Assembly: GCA_049968235.1 (NCBI GenBank)
Contig: JBMFRC010000025.1
Location: 1 to 40,853 of the forward strand
Direction of reading: 5' to 3'
DNA from: Candidatus Hydrogenedens sp.
Lineage (GTDB): Bacteria > Hydrogenedentota > Hydrogenedentia > Hydrogenedentales > Hydrogenedentaceae
DNA: 40,853 nucleotides
Shown: positions 27,809-37,747 of the stretch, in pieces
Layout of the letters: each line of letters starts with the position of its first letter
Position numbering within the stretch: position 1 is the stretch's first letter
The notes under the pieces: generated by a model
What the model saw: only the letters and a program-made list of their open reading frames with translations
The model's database searches: none
Told to the model about the DNA's origin: nothing
Position numbers and translations under genes: made by a program

Positions 27809-29119
27809 ATGGTAACCCGCAGAGAGATGTTGAAAAATATATCTATGGCGGGAGGAGTTCTTTTTCTTCCATTATGTGAAATAGCCCGTGCAGAAGATAT
27901 CCCATATATATCGGGAGATGAACTGTCTGGAAATTACGAAAAAAAGCAATGTCATGTTACCGTGGGACCTTGTGATAGTGAAGCAGATTTTAGAGGAAGT
28001 ATGCAAAAGGTTATTCAATCTGCTATAGATTATATTGCGAGATATGGTGGAGGAACTATTCAAATACTGCCGGGCGTTTATCGTTTTTCCAATGCAATCT
28101 ATTTATCAAGTCATACTAAAATTATAGGAAACGGTCCATCATCAATATTTGTTAAAGAGCCCTCTGTGGAAACCGAATTTATTAAAGATGCGGATTGGTA
28201 TGAGCAGAGTATTTCTGTCGCACATCCGGAACGGTTTAAGATAGGGGACGGTTTATGCATACGGACAAAAAACCCTCATCATGGAGGAGTAGTTGTCATC
28301 AAAAGAACGATTATTTCTATTGATGGGAATCGTCTCATATTGGATAAAGCATTACGGGAAAATGTTTGGCTTGGACAGGAAACTACAATTGCCACTTTAT
28401 TCCCATTGATAAGTGGAGAGTTTGTGGAAAATATTACGATTAAAAACCTTGTCCTGGATGGAAATAAAGAGAATAACTTAAATTTAGATGGAAATTATGC
28501 AGGTTGTATCTGGTTGCAAGATTGTAAAAAAGTTTCTATCCGCAATGTAGAAGCAAGAAATTATAATGGAGATGGTATAAGTTGGCAGATTGTCCATGAT
28601 GTTGTTGTGGATAATTGCTATTCCCACGATAATACAGGTTTGGGCTTACATCCCGGGTCAGGTTCTCAAAGACCTAAGATGATAAATAATCAAATTGAAA
28701 ATAATGATATTGGGATTTTTTTCTGTGGGGGAGTGCAAAATGGGGTTGCAGAGGGAAATCAGATACAAAACAATCGTGTGGGTATTTCGATAGGACACCG
28801 CGATAATAATAATTGGATTCATAAGAATATCATTACAGATTCCCGAGAATGTGGAATACTTTTCCGTGAAGAACAAGAGAGATTTACTGCAATAGGAAAT
28901 AAGATTGAAGAAAATGTAATTAGAAATATAAAGTTAAACAACGGAACAGGAATATCTATTCTGGGTCTCACAAAGGGCAATGAGATATGTAACAGTAAAA
29001 TTTTAGAAAATGGTGAGAAGAATGAAAAGGTAGGGATTCGAATTGCAAAAACGGCTCAAGATAATGTCGTCAAAGATAACAAAATAAAGGGATTTGCAAA
29101 GGATATTGTGGTAGACTAA
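27809..29119 (+). CDS. Tat-signal right-handed parallel beta-helix repeat protein (pectin-lyase-fold; NosD/polysaccharide-lyase-like)
   Basis: TRREMLKNISMAGGVLFLPL twin-arginine signal. Repeated ~22-aa N-x-I-x-N-N/G...GI turns (NNQIENNDIGIFF, GNQIQNNRVGISI, KNIITDSRECGILF). Start is ambiguous among 27770, 27800 and 27809. Confidence 0.7.
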   Translation: MVTRREMLKNISMAGGVLFLPLCEIARAEDIPYISGDELSGNYEKKQCHVTVGPCDSEADFRGSMQKVIQSAIDYIARYGGGTIQILPGVYRFSNAIYLSSHTKIIGNGPSSIFVKEPSVETEFIKDADWYEQSISVAHPERFKIGDGLCIRTKNPHHGGVVVIKRTIISIDGNRLILDKALRENVWLGQETTIATLFPLISGEFVENITIKNLVLDGNKENNLNLDGNYAGCIWLQDCKKVSIRNVEARNYNGDGISWQIVHDVVVDNCYSHDNTGLGLHPGSGSQRPKMINNQIENNDIGIFFCGGVQNGVAEGNQIQNNRVGISIGHRDNNNWIHKNIITDSRECGILFREEQERFTAIGNKIEENVIRNIKLNNGTGISILGLTKGNEICNSKILENGEKNEKVGIRIAKTAQDNVVKDNKIKGFAKDIVVD

Positions 29120-29163
29120 TAGGAATTTTATTTAACATAGAAACTTTTTAGATGGAGGTAACT

Positions 29164-31326
29164 ATGGAGAATTCTCCTTCGATATTTCAGATTATCTTAT
29201 GGGAATTACAAAAATTTGCTAATCAACACGACCTTAGATATCTAATCCCATCGCTCACAATACTTATCCTTATTGGATTGGTGATTTTAAGTCGGAAATG
29301 GGTTATTTCATATTTAGGACCTGCTGTATCGGGAATTACGAGAGGAGTATTGCTCGCATCTTTGTGTATTTGTGCTTTTCTGGCAGTAGGAAATTACATA
29401 GATAGTTTCGGACAATGGAGGTATGGCACTTTTTTTAATGCGTATGAATTTTACCACTATTACTTAGGTTCAAAATATGCGAAAGAGATTGGTTATACGA
29501 GACTTTATGCAGCAAGTCTGATTGCGGATGATGAGACAGACCGAAAGTATTCTAATCCTCAAAATAATATTCGTAATCTTGTGAATGGAACATATATCAC
29601 CGTAGATGATGTATTAAAAAATAAAGAACAATACAAAAGTCGGTTTTCTCCAGAACGCTGGGAGGAATGGTTGAAGGATATTCGATTTTTCAAACGCGAA
29701 TTAACGACAAGCCGTTGGAATAATGTTTTGAGAGATAAAGGGTATAATGCCTCTCCTATCTGGTCGATGCTGGTAGGAGGTTTTCTGAGCAATCCCATTT
29801 CCACGGATAACCGAAATCATATGCTAATTCTGGCTTCATTGGATTTAATTCTTATTGGAATTACAACGTTGGTTGTGCTATATGCCTTTGGTCTTCGTCC
29901 TGCTATGTTCATGCTTATATTAATTGGGACCCATTATATGATGCGATTTTCGCACATGAAAGGGGCTTTTTTAAGAACTGATTTTGCAATGTGTCTTGTG
30001 CTTTCTGCATGTATGATTAAATTAAACCGTTACAAATGGGCGGGAATCTTTACAGCATATTCTGTAATTTCCCGTGTGTTTCCTGCTGTTTTTCTTTTTG
30101 GTCCGGGAACGCGACTGTTTTGGGATTTATGTAAAATGGTAAGGATAGGATATGATGAATTAAAAATTCGTTTCTACGACCGTAAGCAGAGACTATTTAT
30201 TATTGGCGGATTTGCACTTCTGAATTTTATAATTTCGTTTGTGGGTAGTCTCATTCTCAGGAGATTTCCGTCCCGTTTGTTTGAAGGGTTCACAATTCCA
30301 TGGCCTCTTCCGCTATTTATCCATCTTATTTTATTTATTCCTATTATCTTCTTTGGAATGGTATTGCTTTGGGCAGGGCTTTGGGGTTATTTTGCCGGAA
30401 GAATGGAACGAAATTGGATAAATTATTTCATCTCTTTTACAGTAACAATTACAATTCTTTTTGTCGCTTCTTTTGGTTACTATGGAGGGATGTACCAATG
30501 GCGGGATTATGCCGATAAAATAGGACGACATAATCGGGATATTTCACCATGGCGTGTTGGATATAAATATATTTTTATTGCACAATATCCCAAAAATTTA
30601 GACCTGAAACAATCATTAAAAGATATATCCGGAATTATAGGTAACGCCTTATTAGGCAGACCTATAACAGCCCCTACACCATCCGTTACAACCAATAATC
30701 AGCAGACACCACTAACCAGGAATCCTTCCGCTCCTAAGCCTGTTGTTAAAACCACTACAAATGAACCACTAACCTTTGCTTCAGCAATGAGGAAGGTAAT
30801 ATCCCCATGGAAACCTTTTACGCGAAGTATTATTTATACGGAACAAGCACGAAGGTGGTGGACTACAATGGCAATTGTATTGGTTCTGTGTTTAATCGCA
30901 TCGCGACGACTTTCTCCTTATGAAAGTTTTGTGTTCGGTTTTGTCCCATGTTTCTTTTTAGTTTCACCTACTTATTATTATTACATTATGCTGGCAGTGC
31001 CTTTATTGTTTTTCTCTCCTAAGTCGGATTATATACCCCGTGCTATTGCAATTATCTGGTTGTATATCACCGCTATGGCGGGTTATTTCTTCTATACTAT
31101 GTGGGAACAGGAATTCGCCACATACTACTGGTTAGGCTGTATGCTCTTTGTTCTGTGTATTTATATGCTGATTATTGCATTACTGAACAGTTTGCCTCTT
31201 GAATATACGAAACCATGGATAAATAAAATTAAAGGTTATATTTTAGATAGATTTAAGAAAAAGGAAAGTAGCGATAATAAATCACAGATATTAGAGGAAC
31301 ACCAAGTAGGGGATTCAATTCAATAA
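29164..31326 (+). CDS. Large polytopic membrane protein (>=12 predicted TM segments) with internal Pro/Thr-rich linker; family unknown, possibly a GT-C-like glycosyltransferase or polymerase-type transporter
   Basis: Hydrophobic helices throughout. TAPTPSVTTNNQQTPLTRNPSAPKPVVKTTT linker at ~aa 505-535. GGAGGT Shine-Dalgarno precedes ATG 29164. Only 32 nt separate it from the upstream beta-helix gene. Confidence 0.5.
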   Translation: MENSPSIFQIILWELQKFANQHDLRYLIPSLTILILIGLVILSRKWVISYLGPAVSGITRGVLLASLCICAFLAVGNYIDSFGQWRYGTFFNAYEFYHYYLGSKYAKEIGYTRLYAASLIADDETDRKYSNPQNNIRNLVNGTYITVDDVLKNKEQYKSRFSPERWEEWLKDIRFFKRELTTSRWNNVLRDKGYNASPIWSMLVGGFLSNPISTDNRNHMLILASLDLILIGITTLVVLYAFGLRPAMFMLILIGTHYMMRFSHMKGAFLRTDFAMCLVLSACMIKLNRYKWAGIFTAYSVISRVFPAVFLFGPGTRLFWDLCKMVRIGYDELKIRFYDRKQRLFIIGGFALLNFIISFVGSLILRRFPSRLFEGFTIPWPLPLFIHLILFIPIIFFGMVLLWAGLWGYFAGRMERNWINYFISFTVTITILFVASFGYYGGMYQWRDYADKIGRHNRDISPWRVGYKYIFIAQYPKNLDLKQSLKDISGIIGNALLGRPITAPTPSVTTNNQQTPLTRNPSAPKPVVKTTTNEPLTFASAMRKVISPWKPFTRSIIYTEQARRWWTTMAIVLVLCLIASRRLSPYESFVFGFVPCFFLVSPTYYYYIMLAVPLLFFSPKSDYIPRAIAIIWLYITAMAGYFFYTMWEQEFATYYWLGCMLFVLCIYMLIIALLNSLPLEYTKPWINKIKGYILDRFKKKESSDNKSQILEEHQVGDSIQ

Positions 31327-31331
31327 GTACA

Positions 31332-32245
31332 TTATGAACTTTTAGAATATTTGAGTAAAAAATGTCTAAGTGTTTCTTTGAATTTCGGCGAGAGAGGTGC
31401 TGTGATATGGTTTTTTCTTTGTATGATAGTTAGTTGTGATTGTGGTAGGATGTTTTTTAAGTTTTCTGCTCCTTTACATAGTGGATCATTCTCCCCTACA
31501 ATCATACATATAGGGATATGAATCTCTTTTATTTCATCTTTACCGACCTTGAGTTCAGAGACACCCTTTAATACTCCAATTAATGCTTTGGAGTCATTAA
31601 AAAAATGTGTTAATATTTTTACCCAAAGGAAATGAACAAATCCCAGTTTCCTTCTATTCATATCAAAATGTGTACTTACAGGTTCGATACCTGAACTTTT
31701 TCTAATTTTTTGATGAGCTGATGTATTGATGAAAGGAAGTGGTTTTGGTTGGGCTGTTCCCAACCAGAACCAAGAGAAGATAAGGTAATTACTCGGTCAG
31801 GATAAAGTGTAACTAATTTTATAGCAATAAAACCTCCCAATGAATAACCAGCAATATGTGCTTTGTCTATTTTTAAATAGTCCATTAAGTTGATTATGTC
31901 TTTAACCATTTTTATTCCATATTCGTTTGAACCGTATGGTTTGGAACTAAGTTCATGACCACGGAGGTCAACCGCAATAATACGAAAGTTAATCTTGAGA
32001 TAATCAATTATTCCCGGTTTTCGCCAGTTAAGGTCAGAATTAACAGCAAATCCATGTGTTAAAATTATAGGTTCTCCTTGACCTTCATCTGTGTAGTGAA
32101 TTTTTATACCATCTGAGTTAAAGAAATTTCTTTTGGTTCGGTGTGTAATTTGGTAATAGATTAATAAAGAACAAAAAAAGAAAACAATGAGAACAAAGGT
32201 AAATAAAACAAACAGATAGGAAATTATCTTTTTCCATTTAGGCAT
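31332..32245 (-). pseudogene. Membrane-anchored alpha/beta-fold hydrolase split by a single frameshift (fragments 31676-32245 and 31332-31763)
   Basis: The N-terminal fragment has a TM anchor, HGF oxyanion region and the GYSLGG nucleophile elbow. The C-terminal fragment has the acid (VGENDP) and His (KNHIT) of the catalytic triad. The 88-nt overlap contains T5/T6 runs. Confidence 0.6.
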
Positions 32246-32366
32246 ATATGTTTAGTATTTCCTGTAAAAAAGTTTGTTTTGTCAATTGCTAATAAATAGA
32301 AATATTTATCTTATTTTAACCATATATGGAAAAAGAGAACGCCAACAAACATTTTTTTTTCTATAT

Positions 32367-35198
32367 TTACGGTTTGGGACAGTAATTATCCTCACCGAGT
32401 CCGGGACAGTAGTAATAACCGCCCGAATTGAAAATTTGAATGAGACGAAGAAGTTCTGACAAATCAAATTTCCAATCTTGGGGTTTGTAATCCGAAGTAT
32501 GGGGGAGACAATCATAATCAATCCCATCCCCGGGAGCATAACCATCTTCAGAATTTGTTTGACAGTGATAACTTCCCAAATTAAACAATTGAATAACACG
32601 GAGCAGTTCACTTAAATCTATGATGCCATCGTTATTTTTATCGGCACTATGATAGGTCCGGATAATTTCTCCCTCTGTGCTTCCTTCTGAAATACCTTCC
32701 CCTTCGAGTCCATCAGGACTGCCATCAGGAGAACCTTCGATTATACCTTCCCCTTCCGGTACCCCCTCACCTTCAGAGTTGCCTTCCGTAATTCCATCAA
32801 CACTTCCTTCTCCTTCGAGTCCTTCAGGACTGCCTTCAGGAGAACCTTCGATTATGCCTTCCCCTTCCGGTACCCCTTCACCTTCAGAGTTACCTTCCGT
32901 AATCCCATCAACACTTCCTTCTCCTTCGAGTCCTTCTGGACTGCCATCAGGAGAACCTTCGATTATGCCTTCCCCTTCCGGTACCCATTCACCTTCAAGA
33001 CCTTCTGTGGTCCCCTCAATACTTCCTTCTGGAGGACAGGGTCCGGTAGATATAATCAGATTAATAGATGTCCCATAAGGAACCTCAATACCTGCGGATG
33101 GTTCCTGACTAATTACACTATTCTCCGGAATTGTATTATCACATGTATATTCAGTCTTCCCGATAGTAAGCCCAATTGATGTAATTTGATTTTCTGCTTC
33201 TGTATAGTTCAATCCTGATACATTTGGGACGATGACTGGACAGTGACCTGATGATACAACTAAATTCACCTGTGTTCCATATGGAACCGATGTGCCGGCT
33301 TGTGGCGATTGGGAGATAACAGAACCGTCCGGCACAGAATTACTGCATAACTCGCTTGTTTGTCCTTGAGTTAAACCCGATGAAGTTATAGTTGATACAG
33401 CCTCTTGCAATATTTTACCTACAACATTGGGAACAGTTACATTGACTGAATTTCCTGATATGGATATATCATCAATGTTCCAGCCTGCATAGGTATCGAT
33501 ATAATCCGTGGGACCCATAACCCAGCGAATGAGTAATAGCGGTTGTCGGTCTGCAATAGCGGAAATATCATAGGTTTTTAGTGACCAAGAATTTTCCTGA
33601 ATTGTCCCCGTGTTATGGTTCCAGATAGTAGTCCATGTAGTTCCATTTGTACTTACATCAATCCGTGCATGGTCATAGGAGGAAGATTCAATACCTAACC
33701 AGCGATAGAAAGATAATACTACGTTCTGAATATTCGAGCAATCAATTGGAACAGAAGTTAGTATTTCTTCGTTCATATCGTTTTCATAAGAGCCATTCAA
33801 GTTATAACCATATACATATTGACCTGTATGTCCAGATGATGGGTCTCCATCGATACCTGCTGGTATGCCAAAAGCCCAATTTCCCGTTTTATCCCAGCCG
33901 GGGTCACTATTCAATAAGAATGAAATGGGGGATAAATAGGCTCTTTTAAGTTTGAGAGTAAAATTCTGAGTATTCTGTGTAACTGTATTTGTTATTGAAA
34001 AAGTTTTGGTGTAGGTTCCAGATTGGGTAGGTCGTTGAGTAACAGTTAATTGAATGATTATATTTTCACCTGGCCTCAAAGTCCCTGATGAAGGATTTAG
34101 AGCAATACCCTCATCAGTGGTAGATGTCCAGTTAATATTATATTCACTGATATTTTCAAGACGAATAGCGATAGATGAAGGGGAAATAAAATTATTAGAA
34201 CTTAGATAGAACAACAAATCCTGTTGAGGTTGTATTAACAATGTATCCGAAGGTGTTCCATATTCAATGTAATCTGCTCCATAACCAATTTGGGACGAAC
34301 CGTAAGCAATGTATCCATAACCATTTTCTCCCCAGTAAGTGCCCCATGAGTTGCGTATAATAAATGAACCTCCGCCATAATTATCATCCCAACCAACAAT
34401 TACAACCATGTGATTAGGTGTTGCTTTCGAGTTCAGATTGTCGTTATATACCCCACCTTTATATGCCAGGAACGATTCCTTTGCTTCCATAGAAGCGACA
34501 ATGGGTCCGTAACGGTATATAGCGGTTTTAAGAGCATCCAGAGAAGGTATGCCTAACATGGGTCCTACATAATGCCAGTCATTGATAGTATAGTAGTGAG
34601 GTTTCGGACAACCACAACTACCTTGATAATCGACATAAGGATAATCCGTTTCAAGAACTGCACCATATCCACCACACGAATCCGTCCTGCTTCCTTTATG
34701 CCAGTCATGAGCAGATATGCCCCCATCACACCCATACCAGAATAAACCTTGTGCACAATCTACTAACCATTGTTCGGATAAATCGACATTAATTCCATCT
34801 TTAATTTTGATTGCACATTCTAATGCCCCAACCGTAGCAAAAGCCCAACAAGAACCACAAGAACCCTGGTCCCGAATAGGAGGTAATCCTCCGGGTATTT
34901 TTTCTCGCCAGTCCCAACGAGAAGGAAGTTTTTCAGTGGAAATAATAGGCTTATCTGCATGAGGTTGTAATTCATCTAAATATTGAGGGTCGGGAGGAAT
35001 ATATCCGGTTAACCGATTCAGACTTCTTTGGGTTGCAGAAGTTTCTCCCACCTCGAATGTCCAGTTATTATTCAAGGCTTCCTGTTTTAACCTCTGAATA
35101 TCTTCCTGAGATAACTGAGCATAAGAGACTGGAACAAGTAGGGACAAAAGAAATAATAAAATCATGCTGTAGATAGGAATATATAATTTTTTCATCAT
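32367..35198 (-). CDS. Secreted multidomain papain-family (C1A) cysteine peptidase: signal/pro-region, C1 catalytic domain, MAM-like beta-sandwich, two PASTA-like domains, acidic GE/SP-rich tandem repeats, and an EF-hand/dockerin-like C-terminus
   Basis: QGSCGSCWAFATVGALE (catalytic Cys), NHMVVIVGWDD (His), NSWGTYWGENGY (Asn). WAFGIPAG...LSFYRW...VSTNGTTWTT...NIDDISI matches a MAM/anchor-J-like domain. Two VPNVVG/VPNVSG...GS(V)ISQ(S/E)P(Q/S)AG...NL(V/I)(V/I)S(S/T)G modules match PASTA. Three 38-aa repeats. DKNNDGIIDLSE is a canonical EF-hand loop, and the LSELLR(V/L)IQ(L/I)FN duplication is dockerin-like. Confidence 0.85.
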   Translation of the reverse strand: MMKKLYIPIYSMILLFLLSLLVPVSYAQLSQEDIQRLKQEALNNNWTFEVGETSATQRSLNRLTGYIPPDPQYLDELQPHADKPIISTEKLPSRWDWREKIPGGLPPIRDQGSCGSCWAFATVGALECAIKIKDGINVDLSEQWLVDCAQGLFWYGCDGGISAHDWHKGSRTDSCGGYGAVLETDYPYVDYQGSCGCPKPHYYTINDWHYVGPMLGIPSLDALKTAIYRYGPIVASMEAKESFLAYKGGVYNDNLNSKATPNHMVVIVGWDDNYGGGSFIIRNSWGTYWGENGYGYIAYGSSQIGYGADYIEYGTPSDTLLIQPQQDLLFYLSSNNFISPSSIAIRLENISEYNINWTSTTDEGIALNPSSGTLRPGENIIIQLTVTQRPTQSGTYTKTFSITNTVTQNTQNFTLKLKRAYLSPISFLLNSDPGWDKTGNWAFGIPAGIDGDPSSGHTGQYVYGYNLNGSYENDMNEEILTSVPIDCSNIQNVVLSFYRWLGIESSSYDHARIDVSTNGTTWTTIWNHNTGTIQENSWSLKTYDISAIADRQPLLLIRWVMGPTDYIDTYAGWNIDDISISGNSVNVTVPNVVGKILQEAVSTITSSGLTQGQTSELCSNSVPDGSVISQSPQAGTSVPYGTQVNLVVSSGHCPVIVPNVSGLNYTEAENQITSIGLTIGKTEYTCDNTIPENSVISQEPSAGIEVPYGTSINLIISTGPCPPEGSIEGTTEGLEGEWVPEGEGIIEGSPDGSPEGLEGEGSVDGITEGNSEGEGVPEGEGIIEGSPEGSPEGLEGEGSVDGITEGNSEGEGVPEGEGIIEGSPDGSPDGLEGEGISEGSTEGEIIRTYHSADKNNDGIIDLSELLRVIQLFNLGSYHCQTNSEDGYAPGDGIDYDCLPHTSDYKPQDWKFDLSELLRLIQIFNSGGYYYCPGLGEDNYCPKP
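32690..33035. repeat. Three near-identical ~114-bp tandem repeats inside the protease gene, encoding the acidic repeat EGEGVPEGEGIIEGSPDGSPEGLEGEGSVDGITEGNS
   Basis: Direct inspection: three units with only a few substitutions. They create the spurious antisense PS-rich ORF 32677-33078. Confidence 0.85.
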
Positions 35199-35426
35199 AG
35201 GAACAGTATTTTTATATGGTTATTATTTTCATACATAATTTTACCTAAAAAATAACCCAATAATAAATTTTTGTGGTATTATTTCTAATTTTTTAGAGTA
35301 AGATGTTTTAAGACAAATTTATTTTTTTGAAGGAATGAGATAGATATATTTGTAAATTTTTGAAAAAAGTGAATAGTTAGAAGATATACCTATCATTACT
35401 GAATTACTTTGGAGAGTATTCTCTTT

Positions 35427-37568
35427 TCACTTATGCGATTTCCTGTTTTTCTGACTTTCCTTCATGCGGATTGAATAAGCACACTTGTTTACTTTCTCTG
35501 CAGATTTCGTAAGTTCTGCATAAGGATGATTGGTTACATCTACCAATCCGATATTATAATTTTCTCCATCGAAATGTCTACCTGTAATGGGTTGGTCTGC
35601 CCATTGGAACCAATGACAGCCAATAAACAAAGGATGTGTTACAACACTTCTTATATAATTAGCATATTTATCTGCACGGTCTTTCTGGTTTTTACATGCG
35701 ACCAATCCGGTATGAAACATGCCCCGGTCTAATGCCCCAAAATGAAACTCTCCTATAATTATTGGTTTCCTGGCAATATCGAACATAGCATGTTCCCGTG
35801 GAATTTCCTTTCGATACATATTGATGCTAACTACATCTGCATACTTTTGTGCAGACTTCCATACGAATTCTGGGGGAAATCCCGCAAAACGACAACCCAT
35901 ATATAATTGGTTAGAAGCATATTTTTTTATTGCTTTGGCTATCACTGAAAAATATGTATCTGCAAATTTCGTCAAATATTCATCTCTATCTTTTTTGAAT
36001 GCATCCGTTTCTTTTTCTGGCTTATTTATATCTGACCAGTTTGCAAAAGATGTATCCCAATTCTGGTTCAAGTTCTCAATAGTCCCATATTTCGCTTTAC
36101 ATTGTTCGATAAATTCCTTTTTACAGGGTTGTTCCATAGTATTCTTTATGGTTCCTTCCCATACTCCATCCCATGACAGTTCATTATTTACAAAATAGCC
36201 AATACAAAATGGATTATCTTTATAATTTGTTACCCCTTTTTGGATACTATTATCAACAATCTTTTCGTAATTTGGGTCAAAAACATCATACATAGGTCCC
36301 CAATATCCCGGAGCATTATTAATTCTTGACACATTCCCCAGTCCTAAAATAACAATAAAAGGTATTTTTTTATCTACAAATAGATGGACGGAACTCCATG
36401 CTCCTATGGTATTAAATCCCCATTTTTTTAATCGCGCTGTGGTTTGTTCACTCCATGGCTGTTCCCATGTATCCCCAAACTGACGAATCATATTTGCTTT
36501 GTAAAAAGAAAATAATGACCCCTCGTCTAAAATATGTCCAAACCAATGTCCTCCCTTTCCTGCATAACCAAAACAAGATTTGAATTTCGGGTCATTTATA
36601 TCAGGGATGTAGTCGAACCAATTTTCCCGTTTTGTAATAAAAGTTAAGTCGTTCAATCCAATGCAATCCACACCAATTGATAAAAACAAATGTCCCTCCG
36701 GTGTTACAAGCCACCAATACCCATCTATTAATTCTGTTCGAAACCACCCCGTTGCTTTTAATAAGGGACCTTTTTTCCATCCTCCATATATGTCAAAAAC
36801 TTTATCCTCGGAAGAATGTTTTTTTATCTTTTGAAGTTCTTTCCTGGTTCTTTCCATCATCGCCTTTTCTGAATGTGTTTTCCCTTTCCAATCCGCATAT
36901 TTATACTGTCCTAACATGTCAACAAAAGGCAAAGGGAAATCCGGCAAATCGTATTGTTTTTCAAGTTTTATCTGGCGAATTATCAGATGGGTAGGTACTG
37001 CAGGTTGAGCCAGAAAAATCTGGAAAGCAATAACCTTAGATAAATCGAATTTTTCTCCTTTTGCTTCTACAAAATTGCCCGGTGCTCGACGCATGCCCCA
37101 TAAGGGATGTTTGGAATAAACATCTAATCTCTCTTTATCTTCTGGAATGGTAAAAGGATATGAGGAATTAGGTAAAAGAAATGGAATTGACTTTTCTTCT
37201 TTAGGGGGTAAGTGGTAACTACCTGTAATGCAGTGTGTCCATCCATCTGCCCCTGCATTATCAATTCTTACATTCACGCGAATTCCATTCCTTTCTGGAT
37301 TATATATCTTTACCACAAGCCAGCAATATTCTGACCAGTCCCAACTCTCTGATTGTGAACTAAATAACACATTAGGGAAATTCGCTACATTAAATTTTAC
37401 TCTAAATCCATCTTGAGATTTAGCATCACTTTTTTGTAATTCGACATTATTACATACGATATTAGCCTTAAAAGGACTACCACTGATAACAAATTCTTGG
37501 AAATCTTCACAAAGTGCCATACAACAAAAAAACATAACAATGCAAGATAATAGGATTTCTTTTTTCAT
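35427..37568 (-). CDS. Secreted clan GH-A-like (TIM-barrel) glycoside hydrolase with N-terminal beta-sandwich domain; family not assigned
   Basis: Signal peptide. Candidate acid/base FVNNELSW (NE-x motif) and nucleophile IIIGEFHFG at the spacing typical of GH-A enzymes. CHWFQWADQP aromatic platform. ~710 aa. Confidence 0.5.
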   Translation of the reverse strand: MKKEILLSCIVMFFCCMALCEDFQEFVISGSPFKANIVCNNVELQKSDAKSQDGFRVKFNVANFPNVLFSSQSESWDWSEYCWLVVKIYNPERNGIRVNVRIDNAGADGWTHCITGSYHLPPKEEKSIPFLLPNSSYPFTIPEDKERLDVYSKHPLWGMRRAPGNFVEAKGEKFDLSKVIAFQIFLAQPAVPTHLIIRQIKLEKQYDLPDFPLPFVDMLGQYKYADWKGKTHSEKAMMERTRKELQKIKKHSSEDKVFDIYGGWKKGPLLKATGWFRTELIDGYWWLVTPEGHLFLSIGVDCIGLNDLTFITKRENWFDYIPDINDPKFKSCFGYAGKGGHWFGHILDEGSLFSFYKANMIRQFGDTWEQPWSEQTTARLKKWGFNTIGAWSSVHLFVDKKIPFIVILGLGNVSRINNAPGYWGPMYDVFDPNYEKIVDNSIQKGVTNYKDNPFCIGYFVNNELSWDGVWEGTIKNTMEQPCKKEFIEQCKAKYGTIENLNQNWDTSFANWSDINKPEKETDAFKKDRDEYLTKFADTYFSVIAKAIKKYASNQLYMGCRFAGFPPEFVWKSAQKYADVVSINMYRKEIPREHAMFDIARKPIIIGEFHFGALDRGMFHTGLVACKNQKDRADKYANYIRSVVTHPLFIGCHWFQWADQPITGRHFDGENYNIGLVDVTNHPYAELTKSAEKVNKCAYSIRMKESQKNRKSHK

Positions 37569-37747
37569 TTTCTTTTCCTTTTAATCTTAGGTATAATAAT
37601 ATAAGTAACTTATATTAAGATAATTACAAATCCTGAAATATTGGAACAAATTTGAGACAGGTAAAGTCAAAACTTAGTTGCACTTTAGGTTTTATAGGTA
37701 TATCTCTAACCAAATTTTTAATTACTATTAGAGAGTAAAGGCATAAT

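Noticed and set aside
32677-33078. Plus-strand ORF encoding a Pro/Ser-rich repetitive 133-aa protein
   Set aside because: It is the antisense reading of the 114-bp tandem repeats inside the protease gene. Periodicity and low complexity explain the open frame. No start context.
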